Below, piece after piece: positions 63,059-64,000 of a stretch of DNA of 64,000 bases. The notes beneath the pieces were generated by a model, which was given only the letters and a program-made list of their open reading frames with translations, made no database searches and was not told where the DNA came from. Made by a program: the position numbers and the translations under genes. Numbering within the stretch: position 1 is the first letter of the stretch; the number at the start of each line of letters is the position of its first letter. The stretch comes from Eremomyces bilateralis CBS 781.70 (lineage: Eukaryota), in assembly GCA_010015585.1 (NCBI GenBank), contig ML975151.1, one strand, 5' to 3'.

Positions 63059-64000
63059 ATGAAGTCGCTCAATGCCCTCCTGGGTCTCTTGGCCCTCAGA
63101 GCTACCCTCGCGGAGGCACTTCCGAAAGATCCAGCGTCCAATGCAATCACTGTCGTTGAACATGATGCCATGCTTCAAAATGCCTACTCGGTCGACCGCC
63201 ATCTCAGCCCCGGGCCCTCGGTGAGCTGCAGCAGTGGCTATACCTTCCCCGAAATCCTCCGCACCCCATTCAAGGAGGCATTCTGTGACCGCATGTCCAA
63301 CCAACAAGGATATCAGGGTGAGGGCGATAACACGAAATCATGGCTCTCGGTCCTGCATATCCCCGAGACGGGCGATCACACCGATGCCTCGTTCATCGTT
63401 GTCGCGCTAGTGGACCGACCTGGCGCCACCTTCGACTTCTCCACCTGCATGGCCGCTTTCGAACACTTGATCTATAGTTGCCCGGCCACTGGGGGGAGAT
63501 TCTATGGCGGAACTTATCTCGACAATAGCTTTGCCTGGATGATCAGTGTCCAGTCATACGCATCGTCACTTACGCCGGATGAGGGAAAGGTGGAGGTAGA
63601 GCTACCTAGCACCACCATCAGTCCTCGCGGTCAAGTTGAGCTGTCATCAGATGATCCACACATTGTCGGTAACTTGCCTCTCACCCCCGACGATTTTGAC
63701 ATATCACGTTACGGCCTAGACGTTTTCAAGTGCGACCCACCGACAAGCCGAGCCCTTCAGCGAACAGAGGCCTACAAATATGCATTCGAGTTCTGCAATT
63801 CCACGGCATTGACCAAGGCTTACTCTGTCATCGATGGGCGCCAGTACTGGGCTTGGCAAACAGAACAAGAGAGCGCTTCTGACGACAGCTATTTGGTCTA
63901 TTTCCTCGCATCGGGACCAGTGAACCACACGGTTGGGTATCACATCGACGAATGCCACGTTGCCGTGTATTCTCTGTTCCAGAAGTGTGGAGATTCGCAT
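63059..64000 (+). CDS. Secreted protein with at least two tandem 4-Cys domains (partial; runs off right edge)
   Basis: Open frame of 314 codons from ATG 63059, absent from ORF track because no stop lies in the window; signal MKSLNALLGLLALRATLAEA; Cys spacing C-x18-C-x53-C-x10-C then C-x20-C-x52-C-x10-C. Confidence 0.85.
   Translation, partial: MKSLNALLGLLALRATLAEALPKDPASNAITVVEHDAMLQNAYSVDRHLSPGPSVSCSSGYTFPEILRTPFKEAFCDRMSNQQGYQGEGDNTKSWLSVLHIPETGDHTDASFIVVALVDRPGATFDFSTCMAAFEHLIYSCPATGGRFYGGTYLDNSFAWMISVQSYASSLTPDEGKVEVELPSTTISPRGQVELSSDDPHIVGNLPLTPDDFDISRYGLDVFKCDPPTSRALQRTEAYKYAFEFCNSTALTKAYSVIDGRQYWAWQTEQESASDDSYLVYFLASGPVNHTVGYHIDECHVAVYSLFQKCGDSH

Overview
This is gene-dense DNA from a filamentous ascomycete (Pezizomycotina): short GT-AG introns with CTRAC-type branch points, and three assembly gaps. 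About 26 intron-containing gene models were reconstructed by hand. Recognisable families: HCNGP/SAP30BP-like, proteasome beta-6 (PRE7), Net1/Dnt1-like, phosphomannomutase (SEC53), BAR-PH-ArfGAP, RPL36, TUG/Ubx4-like, SFK1, F-box/RCC1 (Saf1-like), NTO1, cystinosin (ERS1), an RGS-LOV photoreceptor, 6-phosphogluconolactonase, a cytochrome b561-domain protein, a Zn2Cys6 factor with polyQ, an F-box/LRR-like protein and a GPI protein. There are also two small Cys-patterned secreted proteins (one missed by the ORF track), several orphans and two apparent pseudogenes (secreted alpha/beta hydrolase, MFS transporter). No transposon, rRNA, tRNA or biosynthetic cluster was recognised, and I found no multi-gene novel system. 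The most striking unexplained structure is a recurring, strand-symmetric C-rich to G-rich compositional switch (about 20 modules, mostly near gene ends) that also reshapes protein sequence. All family calls come from motifs recognised by eye, not from database searches.
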